Notes under the pieces: generated by a model
What the model was told of the DNA's origin: nothing
Databases searched by the model: none
What the model saw: only the letters and a program-made list of their open reading frames with translations
Shown here: positions 20,441 to 30,465 of the stretch, piece by piece
Numbering within the stretch: position 1 is the first letter of the stretch
Layout of the letters: the number at the start of each line of letters is the position of its first letter
Virus record (IMG/VR): IMGVR_UViG_3300032053_000025
Span: 24,622 to 88,621 of that record
From: a virus
Reading direction: 5' to 3' (one strand)
DNA: 64,000 bases
Program-made: the position numbers and the translations under genes

Positions 20441-23158
20441 TTATCCTCCCTTACCACCAAAAGTTTGTTCTTTGATTCTTCTATTTAATGCTTGTGCGAT
20501 TCCCGAAGAAGGATTATCTATTGAATTTTTAAATGCAGATAGAACCTTATCAACTAAAGATTCAGAGTCAATATTTACATTGATTTGAGACTCTACTTGT
20601 ACAGGAATTGTTTGATTGATTATTGATGGGCTTCTTTTAGCCTCTTCAAAACCTTGAAAGATTGCATCCCTAATGCCAGATAAGCCACGTTCGCTGAAAT
20701 CCTGTGGAAGAGGATTTCCTGCTTCATCTCGTAAAGGAGATAATCCCCTGGGAGGCTCAATTCCCTTAGCCATAGGAGTAGTTAATTCGGGGGTTAATTT
20801 ATATTTGTCCCTAATCCCCATTAGATATCGTAAACTCGCAGTTTGGTCAGGAAACATAATATCTTCCAAAACCCCTGCGGTTTTGTAAAATTCTTTTGCT
20901 TGATAATCCTTAAACATATCTGCAAATTCGGCTTTAAAGGCATCTAAAGATTTGCCACTTAACGATTCTACTTTGCCCCCCTGTAAAACCTTAGCAATAT
21001 CAATTGCTACATCGGAACCATATTTTTGGGATACTTCAAAAATCTTCATTTGATCTGAAGTAACTTTATTTTGATGTAATTTTTCTCTCGTAATTTCCTG
21101 TTCTAAAGACAATTTTCGTTTCAACAAATCATTATTATCTAAAGTTATTCCTAAAGCATCATGCAATCGAGCTTCCTGTTCTAATAAGGTTTTGGCAGAA
21201 GCTCCCCTTAATTTCAATTTCTCCATTTCAGCATTAATTAACATATCGGTTAATTTAGTTTCTTCTGCTAAGGCCGCTTCGGCTTCTTCCTTAGTCAAAG
21301 CCAAGACTCCATTTTTATCAGTTAAACCTTTAACCTGTTTATCAATCTCAGTATTTTCTGCTTTGCCGAGTTCAATTATCTCTTGCTCCCATTTTTTATA
21401 TTGTATTTGAGAAGCAATAACATTCTGCAAACCAGAGTTGCCCTTAATTTCGGGATATTTTCCTTGGTCATACATCTGCATTTGGGATTTAATGGTAGCA
21501 ACTTCGGGGGCATATTTTTCCCTAACACTCAATACGATTTCTTTCACTCTCTCTAGTTTAGTAAATTCATCTAATTTTTTATTCGCAACCTCTAACTCCG
21601 TGAAATCTACCTTTCCTAAACGAGGATTGACTTGTGTTAAGTTATTTAAAGCTACATCAATAGCCTTCACCATAGCAATGGTAGAATTAGATTGTGGGGC
21701 TTTTGAATACACATCCCTTAATTTAATTAATTCCTTAAAATTAGCAATACTCGATAATTTGGTTTCTATATTGGTGCGTTCAATAGCATTAGCTTTAGCC
21801 ATTTCGGATTGATCGACTTTACTTCTATCAATTAAAGAAGAAATAACCAGGAGAATTTTAGACATCATGTCTAAACTTTCTTTAAAAGGAGCCGTATTTG
21901 CAACTACAGTAGTCAGCAAATTCCAAGAGGAGGTTAATTGTTTAGCTTTATAGGCAGTAGTGCCCATCATAATTTGCAGGGCCTTCTCAGCTTGTCCCGC
22001 TGAGGATAATGAGTCCACTCTAGCTAAAACTGCCCTATCATAATTCTGCATTAAAGCCATAAATGCAGTCATCTGCCTTCTTGAAGCTATCCCTTGTGCA
22101 ATATCCAATTTTTGTTTTTGAGTTAAATTATCCCATTTAGCGGCAACTTCATCTAAAATTGTTCCAGCACTTCTATATATGCCCGTATTTTGTTGTACTG
22201 CTTTGCCTGAAGCATCCATATAAACAGGAACCCTAGCTATACTTGATATTACTTTTGCCCCTGTAGTTAAAATTCGAGAATACATGAACTGTAAAGAATT
22301 GCCGGCTTCAGTGCCGGATTTTCTTGTAACTTCGATGATTCCAGTTACATGGCCTAAAAAGGAATCTATAGTTATACCCAACTGATTAGCGGTAGCTCCT
22401 GCACGTTTAGTTGCTTCTGCTAAATCAGTCGCAGTAACGGCATATTGCCGTTCAACATTAATCCATTTGTCTAATATTTGTGCACTCTCATTAATTGGGA
22501 GGTTGAAGCCTTCTATGGCTGCGGTTAAGGCATTGACCGTTTCTTTTAATCCCATACCCATAGTTACAGAACCTATCATAGCTAGACGGGTAAGTTGAAT
22601 CGTATCCGCAACTGTTCTTCCTTGCTGTTGGAAGGTTTTGGCTGCTTCAATAGCTTCAGAAGCAGAAGTACCATAAGCCTGCGCCAATCCAATTAAGGCA
22701 ATCTTCATATAACTATATTCTTGAGTTGTACCTTTACCTACAATTTGAATATGTGCTAACGCAGTTTCCATTTCAACTAAAAATTTAGATTGCTCTTGAA
22801 TTAATGAGAATACACCCATCATAGCCATCCTTAAAGCCATCCATACAGGGGCAACAATAGCAGCTCGCCTCAAGGCTCGTTCAAAATCACCCATTGCACT
22901 TGCGGATTTTGGTGCACCTCTATTAATCATTTCAAAAGTCTTACCAGAAGCAGTTGAAATTTTCAACATAGACTGCTCACTAACTTTTCCATATTTATCC
23001 ATAACAGGAATAGACATCCCTACAGCTTTGGTCACAGTTTCACTAGATTTCCCCATACCATTAAGATAAAGTTGAGCCTTGGTTAGGTCGGAATCTAACT
23101 TCTGCAAACCTGTAGTATCCGCAGTTACTTGTATAAGTTTTTTATACACATCATCCAT
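20441..23158 (-). CDS. tail tape measure protein (TP901-like core)
   Basis: Helical Ala-rich 905 aa; LAEATKRAGATANQLGIT, TRKSGTEAGNSL motifs. Confidence 0.9.
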   Translation of the reverse strand: MDDVYKKLIQVTADTTGLQKLDSDLTKAQLYLNGMGKSSETVTKAVGMSIPVMDKYGKVSEQSMLKISTASGKTFEMINRGAPKSASAMGDFERALRRAAIVAPVWMALRMAMMGVFSLIQEQSKFLVEMETALAHIQIVGKGTTQEYSYMKIALIGLAQAYGTSASEAIEAAKTFQQQGRTVADTIQLTRLAMIGSVTMGMGLKETVNALTAAIEGFNLPINESAQILDKWINVERQYAVTATDLAEATKRAGATANQLGITIDSFLGHVTGIIEVTRKSGTEAGNSLQFMYSRILTTGAKVISSIARVPVYMDASGKAVQQNTGIYRSAGTILDEVAAKWDNLTQKQKLDIAQGIASRRQMTAFMALMQNYDRAVLARVDSLSSAGQAEKALQIMMGTTAYKAKQLTSSWNLLTTVVANTAPFKESLDMMSKILLVISSLIDRSKVDQSEMAKANAIERTNIETKLSSIANFKELIKLRDVYSKAPQSNSTIAMVKAIDVALNNLTQVNPRLGKVDFTELEVANKKLDEFTKLERVKEIVLSVREKYAPEVATIKSQMQMYDQGKYPEIKGNSGLQNVIASQIQYKKWEQEIIELGKAENTEIDKQVKGLTDKNGVLALTKEEAEAALAEETKLTDMLINAEMEKLKLRGASAKTLLEQEARLHDALGITLDNNDLLKRKLSLEQEITREKLHQNKVTSDQMKIFEVSQKYGSDVAIDIAKVLQGGKVESLSGKSLDAFKAEFADMFKDYQAKEFYKTAGVLEDIMFPDQTASLRYLMGIRDKYKLTPELTTPMAKGIEPPRGLSPLRDEAGNPLPQDFSERGLSGIRDAIFQGFEEAKRSPSIINQTIPVQVESQINVNIDSESLVDKVLSAFKNSIDNPSSGIAQALNRRIKEQTFGGKGG

Positions 23159-23159
23159 T

Positions 23160-23513
23160 TTATTTATCCTTTTTCTTTGGAGTAAAGAAACTAATTCTTG
23201 CTTGTGGTTCTGGTCCTTGTTTAGATTTAGGATTATCTATTTCTTTTTGTTCTCTATCTATCTTCCCTACAAAATAAGCCTCAGATCTAATTTGGTCTTT
23301 AATAACTTCTTCACAAAGGTTAGGTTTTTTTATTGCCAAATCTTGGTATAATTGATGTATTTCATTCAGATACGACATAAAGAATAATTGCAATCTAGTA
23401 AAATCCGAAGTGTTATTAAATAATTGAACCCCATCAAGCTCCTTCGAGTTATTAAATAAACTCTGCCATTTATAAGACCTCGCCAGGATTCGTAGTGGCT
23501 CTTCTTTATACAT
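23160..23513 (-). CDS. putative tail assembly chaperone (pre-TMP)
   Basis: Position immediately upstream of tape measure. Confidence 0.45.
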   Translation of the reverse strand: MYKEEPLRILARSYKWQSLFNNSKELDGVQLFNNTSDFTRLQLFFMSYLNEIHQLYQDLAIKKPNLCEEVIKDQIRSEAYFVGKIDREQKEIDNPKSKQGPEPQARISFFTPKKKDK

Positions 23514-23742
23514 TTTTCGCCCTAATCTTTTTAATTATTCGGTTAAATTTTCGTTTAGTTTCTACAAACTCAATTTTGTCCTGCAAAAGCAGGAACCCTT
23601 GTAGTAGTATTTGTTCGGATAATATAAACTTCTGTTTAATCCCCGAGTGATTCTTAAACATAGATTTTAAAGTAGAATAATTCTTATCCATATCTGAATA
23701 AATTGTATTTAATATACGAATTTGCTGGGTTAATTTATCCAT
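23506..23742 (-). CDS. hypothetical protein
   Basis: ORF with GAGG RBS. Confidence 0.5.
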   Translation of the reverse strand: MDKLTQQIRILNTIYSDMDKNYSTLKSMFKNHSGIKQKFILSEQILLQGFLLLQDKIEFVETKRKFNRIIKKIRAKNV

Positions 23743-23753
23743 AGAAACCTCGC

Positions 23754-24437
23754 TTATTGCTCGTTGTCTTTATTAATCTTATATATCACCATAGAAAAAT
23801 AATTCGTGGCTTGCATTTTAATTTGTTCTTTAGCATTCATAAATAATTCATAACTATCAAACGCCTTAACCCACTTATCTTCTTGAAATTTTTCCAATGC
23901 AAGATATGTAGAAAAGGAAGTATTAAGGTAAACCAATTCAGACTCTATAGTATAAGATAAATGTTCAATCTTCTCTTCAGATATATTATTTATGTCCTGT
24001 TTTAATTGATAAATTTGACCCCTTAAATTGACAATCATTGGGTCGTCGTTATTAGAGACATCGCCAAACTCAGCTAATTTAAGCTGTAAATCTTTGATTT
24101 GTTCGTTGATTTGCAATTGTTCGTTTGTCATTGCCTCAATATCTACACCCTTAGCCTTCAGCAATATTATAACCTGCTTCCTGAATAGAAATTTACTATC
24201 CTTTAGAAGTTCAGTATGCCTTTTTAACATTGCTTCTCTTAACAATTGTTGTTTAGGATAATCTAAGGCTTTAACCTTATACTTAACTTCATTAAAATCC
24301 CATTCAATTTCATTATCCTTGAGCATTTGCTCAAGCCTTTGTAAATCTTCTTGCAATATTAATTTATCGGTTGCTTCTTGTGCAATTTGGTCTCTGTCTA
24401 AATTTTCCATTTTATTCTCCATAATTGGCGCGGCCAC
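23754..24437 (-). CDS. coiled-coil protein, putative tail assembly chaperone
   Basis: Between tail tube and TMP; heptad pattern. Confidence 0.45.
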   Translation of the reverse strand: MAAPIMENKMENLDRDQIAQEATDKLILQEDLQRLEQMLKDNEIEWDFNEVKYKVKALDYPKQQLLREAMLKRHTELLKDSKFLFRKQVIILLKAKGVDIEAMTNEQLQINEQIKDLQLKLAEFGDVSNNDDPMIVNLRGQIYQLKQDINNISEEKIEHLSYTIESELVYLNTSFSTYLALEKFQEDKWVKAFDSYELFMNAKEQIKMQATNYFSMVIYKINKDNEQ

Positions 24438-24453
24438 AAAAATAGCCAGTCCG

Positions 24454-24699
24454 TTACTTCGGCTGGCTCTGAGTAAAATCTATAATGGTCGGAATTTTAG
24501 CATTGATAATTCGTTTCAATCCCCGGGCATTCTCATATATAACGTTCCGGGCAATAGACAAATATACCTGCTTCAATTGATCTTGGGATAATGGAGGATT
24601 AGCAACTTGCAAATCTTCCAACCTCTTAATCAAAGTCCCGACTAAAATTCTTGATTGATCATCAATAAGATTAAATATAATTCCGAGTAAATTTTCCAT
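24454..24699 (-). CDS. hypothetical protein
   Basis: Start MENLL after GGAGG. Confidence 0.5.
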   Translation of the reverse strand: MENLLGIIFNLIDDQSRILVGTLIKRLEDLQVANPPLSQDQLKQVYLSIARNVIYENARGLKRIINAKIPTIIDFTQSQPK

Positions 24700-24739
24700 A
24701 CAGTCTATCCTCCGCATACATGAATATCTATGGGATGGA

Positions 24740-24761
24740 GGGAGAGCACCGAGGCTCTCCC
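24740..24761 (-). terminator. GC-rich hairpin after tail tube gene
   Basis: gggagagc-accgag-gctctccc; no clear U-tract, may be an mRNA-stabilising stem. Confidence 0.5.
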
Positions 24762-24781
24762 TAACACCAATCCCGATTATG

Positions 24782-25999
24782 TTATATGTCTCCTTCGGTC
24801 TCGCTGATTGTCAACGATTGCCCCGTAAGGGTATTTCCTTGTGATGTATAAGCCCCAACTGCGGTTGTACCTTTCAATTCAGATATTGCTAAATTAATCG
24901 CCTTATACCCTATTGAAAAAGTATCCTTAGTATTGTCGGTGTATATTTTTACCTTTATGGTGTTATCATCGGCAAAATCCCTTAATGATAATTTGCCGAA
25001 TCCTGCGGCTTGACCAGAAAGTGCTTCTTCCAATGTATAAGTTTCAAGCAACTTTCCTATTGTAATTGTAACTGTCTTTTTGTTTACCCCGAACAATATT
25101 TTTTCGGGATTGCCGATTTCTCCTTCATCGGCCCTATCTAATTTGACATCGATTGTAACACTCTGTATTCTTGTCAATCGACCACCAGTAACCAAGAATA
25201 AATCTGCACAATCGGCCTTTAAGGCTCCCACATCGGAAGTATTGGTAGTAAATACTGTTTGCCCGCCTATAAAGGTAGTTGCGGTATACCAATATTTTAT
25301 TGTTTCCCCAACTGCACAATCATCAACAGTTAAAACCCCACCAAGATAAGAATAATCCGTAACTTTTGTAAGTTCAGTGGCTACTCCTAGTGCAGTAATT
25401 TTAACTACTCTCAAAATTACATCTGCTGTTTTAGGGTCTGCAACTGCAACAGGGTCAGAAACCGTAATATCCACGTGGTCTAATGACTCGAGATCCCCAG
25501 ACTCTACAACTTTTTGTTTGAAAATTAAATACTTATTATCCCCTTGCCAGTTAATCCAGTCCTCACTAATAAAATCGAAACTACGTTCAATTTGAGCCGT
25601 AGGGCTTCCTATAGTGATTGAAAAACCAGACACTCTAGCTTTAGGAATCCATAAGGTGCCTAAAAAGGTGCCCCCATCTTTAGTTAAATAGCTTGCAAAA
25701 TCAAATACAGAAGTGGAAAAATCACTTAATGTTAATGTATCATCTGAATCTGCAACATTGGCTATTTTACGAAAGAAGTCTAACTTGCCATATTCTTTCT
25801 GTGTTAATCTAACAGGAACATTGGGAGTGCCTTCTACCCAATCTACTGTACCATCGGTACCTACTTCTTCAATTTCTTCTCTGTTGGATGTGCCTGTATT
25901 ATCGATATTTTGAACTCTATCGATTTGCGCCCAATCGCCTAAACCCATCACAGGTATACATCTTAATCCCACAGCCGAAAACCTGACCATATTACTCAT
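24782..25999 (-). CDS. major tail tube protein with inserted Ig-like domain
   Basis: Two RVQ/RIQ..E(V/I)G tube-like halves; position after tail terminator. Confidence 0.65.
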   Translation of the reverse strand: MSNMVRFSAVGLRCIPVMGLGDWAQIDRVQNIDNTGTSNREEIEEVGTDGTVDWVEGTPNVPVRLTQKEYGKLDFFRKIANVADSDDTLTLSDFSTSVFDFASYLTKDGGTFLGTLWIPKARVSGFSITIGSPTAQIERSFDFISEDWINWQGDNKYLIFKQKVVESGDLESLDHVDITVSDPVAVADPKTADVILRVVKITALGVATELTKVTDYSYLGGVLTVDDCAVGETIKYWYTATTFIGGQTVFTTNTSDVGALKADCADLFLVTGGRLTRIQSVTIDVKLDRADEGEIGNPEKILFGVNKKTVTITIGKLLETYTLEEALSGQAAGFGKLSLRDFADDNTIKVKIYTDNTKDTFSIGYKAINLAISELKGTTAVGAYTSQGNTLTGQSLTISETEGDI

Positions 26000-26122
26000 A
26001 TTTTTTGCCCTCCTTTGGCAAAAGCTAAATTTTATTAACCGTTTCTCTCCAATAGAATTGGTTAATGATATTTATTACAATTCTTTTTAAAATCATACGA
26101 TTATCTATAAGCACTTACTTAA

Positions 26123-26374
26123 TTATTTACCCAACTTGCCTCTGACATATCCGTTTAAGTCTGCTAAATCGACTTTAACCGAAGCAACATCATCCTTGAT
26201 ATTTCCCAGTTCTTTTGTATTCGCAGTGACATCGTCCTGCAAATGTTTTAAATGATTTGACTCTATTCTGCGAGTAACTAAAAAATTATATACCAATGCA
26301 ATGCCAGTGAAGCCGAACCCAGCTACCGTCAGTATTGATGGAAAAACAAGCATTCGAGTAAATGACCAGTCCAT
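26123..26374 (-). CDS. holin-like/membrane coiled-coil protein
   Basis: One TM helix, NHLKHL, coiled-coil tail. Confidence 0.4.
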   Translation of the reverse strand: MDWSFTRMLVFPSILTVAGFGFTGIALVYNFLVTRRIESNHLKHLQDDVTANTKELGNIKDDVASVKVDLADLNGYVRGKLGK

Positions 26375-26375
26375 A

Positions 26376-26900
26376 TTAATCCTCAACTTTCGTTTTTGTA
26401 ACATGCAAAGTTATCAAAGTTCTAAATCTATCATCGAGTTCCAATTGAGATTTATCAATATCCCCACCTACGGGAACATCATCAATTAAATCTACTATGA
26501 TTCTACCATCAGTATCAGGTCCCGATTCGAAACTTGCATCGGAAGAAACCCCACCAATAGTAGTATATTCGTAGTATGTAAATCCATTTTTTAAATAATC
26601 ACAAATCATATCCGTTAAATCTTCAACTTGTCCACCCGAAGTTCCTTTAACATGGATTAATATTAGACTTTTTCTTAATTTAGAATTAGATCCAACTTCT
26701 ACATTGTCTCGTATTGTTGACCCCAACAAAACGCAAATTACTGCGTTTTTAGTTTCTCTGCTTAAAGGAGTATTAGCAAATTCTTTGAAGGATTTTACAC
26801 ATGTAACATTAGTATAGGGATTTGGATTTGCAGTTAATCCTGCCGATATTGCAATTATACAACTCTTGATTATATTTCGTTTTTCTCTATAGATACCCAT
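26376..26900 (-). CDS. tail terminator-like protein
   Basis: Synteny between HK97 gp10-like and tail tube; EVGS motif. Confidence 0.45.
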   Translation of the reverse strand: MGIYREKRNIIKSCIIAISAGLTANPNPYTNVTCVKSFKEFANTPLSRETKNAVICVLLGSTIRDNVEVGSNSKLRKSLILIHVKGTSGGQVEDLTDMICDYLKNGFTYYEYTTIGGVSSDASFESGPDTDGRIIVDLIDDVPVGGDIDKSQLELDDRFRTLITLHVTKTKVED

Positions 26901-27266
26901 TTAGCTCTCCCGATAAAGTTGGATACGGCAATAAATACTGCTCAGGTCTTTTATTTGGCAACGACCGTCATTTGTTTTGTAGCCTACATACTCAACCCCA
27001 TCTATGACAAATTTCTGAGATAGTTTAAGTAGAGGTTTATAACGAATAAAAGTGATAATCTCCATTCCTTGGGATGTAGATATACCGCCCATCTTCCATT
27101 TAACTTGTTCAGAAGTTAAAGGGTTGCAGATAGCTTGAATTGGAATGGAACCTGTAAGGATAACTTTCTTATCCTGTTCTTCGGGGTCGCTTATAATACT
27201 GCGACCTACATATACTTGGATTTTTTTGCCTTGTTCGGACATTAAATCATCTAAAGGGTCGAGCAT
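26901..27266 (-). CDS. head-tail adaptor/stopper
   Basis: Size, FVIDGVEY, synteny. Confidence 0.5.
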   Translation of the reverse strand: MLDPLDDLMSEQGKKIQVYVGRSIISDPEEQDKKVILTGSIPIQAICNPLTSEQVKWKMGGISTSQGMEIITFIRYKPLLKLSQKFVIDGVEYVGYKTNDGRCQIKDLSSIYCRIQLYRES

Positions 27267-27278
27267 TTATATTACTCC

Positions 27279-27788
27279 TTATTTATTAAGTGTAGCCACC
27301 AATTGATTCACTTCATTAGTAATCTGAAAGGTTGCAACTTCGATGTAATTCATAGCTGTAATCGCCTTCCGGGGGGTCATGGGGTAAAACCCTTTTTCAA
27401 ATCTACCTATACCCGACCCAGGTTTGAATTCCCCTCTAATTTTAGGGTTTTCATCATATCCGGGAGGAATCGTTCTTCCGCTTTTTGCCACCCCCCAGTT
27501 TAACCATCTCCAAAAAGGGGCCATAGAGTTCATCTTATCAAGATCCCCAATCCAGAACCCATATCCCTTACCTAATTCATTAAAAAACTTATATTCAATA
27601 GCATTTTCTAATTTGCTATCGCTACCAGGACGAGTTTTCTTATTCTTAATAATGGAAATCATTAATTGATGAACTCGTTGGCCCAGCAAATCCAACTTAG
27701 CAGGTAACTCCTGCTCAAAAATCTTGTGCATCCTCGAACCAAAATCAATTAAATTCTCTCCGCTATCTATAACTCTAATGCTTATCAT
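27279..27788 (-). CDS. HK97 gp10-like neck/tail completion protein
   Basis: KLENAI, APFWRWLNWG, AMNYIE; synteny. Confidence 0.55.
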   Translation of the reverse strand: MISIRVIDSGENLIDFGSRMHKIFEQELPAKLDLLGQRVHQLMISIIKNKKTRPGSDSKLENAIEYKFFNELGKGYGFWIGDLDKMNSMAPFWRWLNWGVAKSGRTIPPGYDENPKIRGEFKPGSGIGRFEKGFYPMTPRKAITAMNYIEVATFQITNEVNQLVATLNK

Positions 27789-27795
27789 AAATCAC

Positions 27796-28137
27796 CTATA
27801 ACAAATCATTATCCTTAATCTCATATTCAAATCTGCCCAAGAAATAACTATTGGTGCCTATTATTGCTTTTAGAGTTAAATAATGAGATTCAAGAGCAGA
27901 CATATCATTAGTATTAGCTTTAGGAATATGAATTGACAATAGCCCCCCAGATTCAGCAACACAATCAGAACTTTCCAATAATTGTGAATCTGAAACTCCT
28001 AACTCTGCTTCAAATGTAAGATCAGTAAAATCCGTAACTAAATCTCCATAAGAGTCGTAGATAGCAAATGTTAAATATATATCCTCATTCTGGAAAAATT
28101 TAGATTTTTGCTCTAATAAAACTGCGGAATATTGCAT
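27796..28137 (-). CDS. BppU-like Ig-fold structural protein
   Basis: LTFAIYD..DFT..IHIPKANT..Y. Confidence 0.4.
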   Translation of the reverse strand: MQYSAVLLEQKSKFFQNEDIYLTFAIYDSYGDLVTDFTDLTFEAELGVSDSQLLESSDCVAESGGLLSIHIPKANTNDMSALESHYLTLKAIIGTNSYFLGRFEYEIKDNDLL

Positions 28138-28154
28138 AATTTACTCCTATCAAT

Positions 28155-28721
28155 TTAGCTTAAATCTAGTATAGTGTTACAACCTATTCTATCATGAGAA
28201 AATTTTAAGATTAGTTTTTCTATTCTTTCTTCTTTGGATAACTTGTTTGGGTATCTTACCGATACTGTGCCTGTACTATAAGAAACAAAATCGGGTCTAA
28301 TTAAAATTGAGGCTACCATTACAATTAAAGATTGTTCTTTGACTTGAGGTATTGGATATACTTCGGTTTCGTCTGCACTTAGATCGAAGTGTATTGAATA
28401 ATTATAGCTATCTAAATACACTAAAGCAGACTTGATAAAATCCAATAATTCGGCGGTTGAATATTTATAATAAGTAAAAGTTATACTTACTACATTCCCA
28501 CTTGCAACACTACCTACATTGATAGTTACTGTTTGTGAAGCATAAGTATAAAGATTGGTTGCTAAGGTAGTTCCGTTGACCGCCACCGAAGTAACCGCTT
28601 GAACGTTAGAGCAAGCTATAGTGAATGTTCGACCACTACCGGCCTCATAGACCTCAGTGTCCGTCCTTAATTTATCCTCCACAGTGCTACGGATTTTAGT
28701 CTCGATCTTGTTTATAGTCAT
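28155..28721 (-). CDS. head-tail connector-like protein
   Basis: Ig-like insertion, YSTAEL, VSYSTGTVSV; synteny. Confidence 0.5.
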   Translation of the reverse strand: MTINKIETKIRSTVEDKLRTDTEVYEAGSGRTFTIACSNVQAVTSVAVNGTTLATNLYTYASQTVTINVGSVASGNVVSITFTYYKYSTAELLDFIKSALVYLDSYNYSIHFDLSADETEVYPIPQVKEQSLIVMVASILIRPDFVSYSTGTVSVRYPNKLSKEERIEKLILKFSHDRIGCNTILDLS

Positions 28722-29295
28722 TTTTATCCCTCGGGTCATACTTCAATATTTTTGTTGGTTCATATATTATCTTAGCTAAAAGCAATTCATTTCCTCGTAA
28801 TCCTACACAAACCCAACCATTAATATAAAATACTTTTAATATAGGGTCAGCACTTTTCAATTTAACAAAAAGTGTGGAAACATTTATATTCTTTTTCCCA
28901 CCCTTATAATCATTGACTTCGATTGCCTCTTGAAATAACGTATCAATAACAAAATTCAAATATGTTAATAGTCTATTAGCCCCTTGAGGGGTTTTTGCCA
29001 ATAAAACTAAATATTTTCGAGTTGGAACCATCTTGGAGATATTGGTATTTATATCTGTAATTTCTACTTGTTTATCTGCGAAACCTGTAATAACTCCTAT
29101 TGCATCATTTTCGCCAAATATAACCTTATCCCCAAATTTTAACTTCTTAAATAATACATCTAAGTTAGATTTAATTGATAGGCGCAATCTTTGTTGAGTA
29201 ATGTAAAATTCACTGAATATGTCTGGAGTTTCTTTGATTTGGATTGCAATTTGAAGCTTTTCTTGCTTAGTTAATGTGCTTTTTAGTTTAAACAT
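28696..29295 (-). CDS. hypothetical protein
   Basis: ORF downstream of capsid gene. Confidence 0.55.
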   Translation of the reverse strand: MFKLKSTLTKQEKLQIAIQIKETPDIFSEFYITQQRLRLSIKSNLDVLFKKLKFGDKVIFGENDAIGVITGFADKQVEITDINTNISKMVPTRKYLVLLAKTPQGANRLLTYLNFVIDTLFQEAIEVNDYKGGKKNINVSTLFVKLKSADPILKVFYINGWVCVGLRGNELLLAKIIYEPTKILKYDPRDKNDYKQDRD

Positions 29296-29330
29296 GTGTG
29301 CCTCGGTTGTGGTAAATCATTGATTAAAAT

Positions 29331-29358
29331 AGGAACGGGGGAGCAATCTCCCGTTCCT
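29331..29358 (-). terminator. intrinsic terminator after major capsid gene
   Basis: aggaacggggga-gcaa-tctcccgttcct followed by ATTTT on - strand. Confidence 0.75.
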
Positions 29359-29365
29359 AACTTAC

Positions 29366-30400
29366 TCACGCATGAAGGTAGCTAGAAAGATCCCCGGACT
29401 TGATTATAGCATTGGGGAGGTTGCAAAACCATATAATGCTCTCGTAACCATACACACCAAAACCCAGAACTTCAGTACCAGCAACCTGAGTCGGTGCAGG
29501 GTCAACAAAGATAGCCCTATAGGTTTTCGCATCAATTTCGGCACCCATCATCTTCGCAATAGCGGGAGAAATCTTCCGTCTTACAAAGGTAATAGGTTTG
29601 CCCATTCCGATACGAGTATTCCGAGCCATAAAGATCATTTTGTTAGCATCCAACAGTGCAGTAACGGCACTGTCATCCGCATATCCACCGGAACCGATAT
29701 TATGAGCTCCACCGGTCCATTTTACTGTCCCGAAGATTTTCATAACATCAATGCCGAGTTCCTTGAGTTTAGCAAGCAACCCAACATTGTAATTCCAAGT
29801 GTCCGCATAATCTTTATCATAGGTGTCAATTTTTTCCTTTATCGTAGACCCACACAGTAAAAGATAATCGTTTCCGTAATCTTCAACTGCATGCTTCATG
29901 GCAAAAATTATGTCATAAATGTCGTCCGCCGATTCAGGAAGTACTGCCGCTATTGCATCTTCCAACGCATGAGTTCCACCAACCATTCCAGGAGTCTTGC
30001 CATCTATAATGGCGTTAAGAATCATGCGAAGCTCCAATTTATCAAGAGCCCCTATAATTCTTTCTTTCTTCCTAGAAAAGATTGTAGTGTCGGGAGAATC
30101 CATTACATCAGGCACCAACACATACTGCTTTTTGGAATTCAAATGCTTAAAAGTCAACAGCGTGTCCGCTACAGGACTCGTCTTTACAGCCGTAATAACG
30201 CCGGTGGAAGTGGCTACGTCCAATATTTCGTCCGCATCCGTATCCTGAGCATCATAACGGTACACATGTTCCCCGGGTTCGGCTTCATCCAAATTAGCGA
30301 GTGCGCTAACCTCAACAGGAGTGTTGAGTGACGGATTAACCGGAACGCCGATGGTCTTTGCTATTTTCAATACTAATTCTTCGTACATTTTTGTTACCAC
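29366..30400 (-). CDS. major capsid protein
   Basis: 344 aa after protease/scaffold, followed by terminator; C-terminal GFGVYGYESI; distinct GC3-rich codon use. Confidence 0.75.
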   Translation of the reverse strand: MVTKMYEELVLKIAKTIGVPVNPSLNTPVEVSALANLDEAEPGEHVYRYDAQDTDADEILDVATSTGVITAVKTSPVADTLLTFKHLNSKKQYVLVPDVMDSPDTTIFSRKKERIIGALDKLELRMILNAIIDGKTPGMVGGTHALEDAIAAVLPESADDIYDIIFAMKHAVEDYGNDYLLLCGSTIKEKIDTYDKDYADTWNYNVGLLAKLKELGIDVMKIFGTVKWTGGAHNIGSGGYADDSAVTALLDANKMIFMARNTRIGMGKPITFVRRKISPAIAKMMGAEIDAKTYRAIFVDPAPTQVAGTEVLGFGVYGYESIIWFCNLPNAIIKSGDLSSYLHA

Positions 30401-30465
30401 CTTTTTTGAGATTTGTTACATTTACTTTATCTTTTTATACAATCTATCTTTACTACATTATCTTC

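Noticed and set aside
23160-24437. Programmed frameshift in tail assembly chaperones
   Set aside because: No convincing slippery site identified; the ORFs have separate starts
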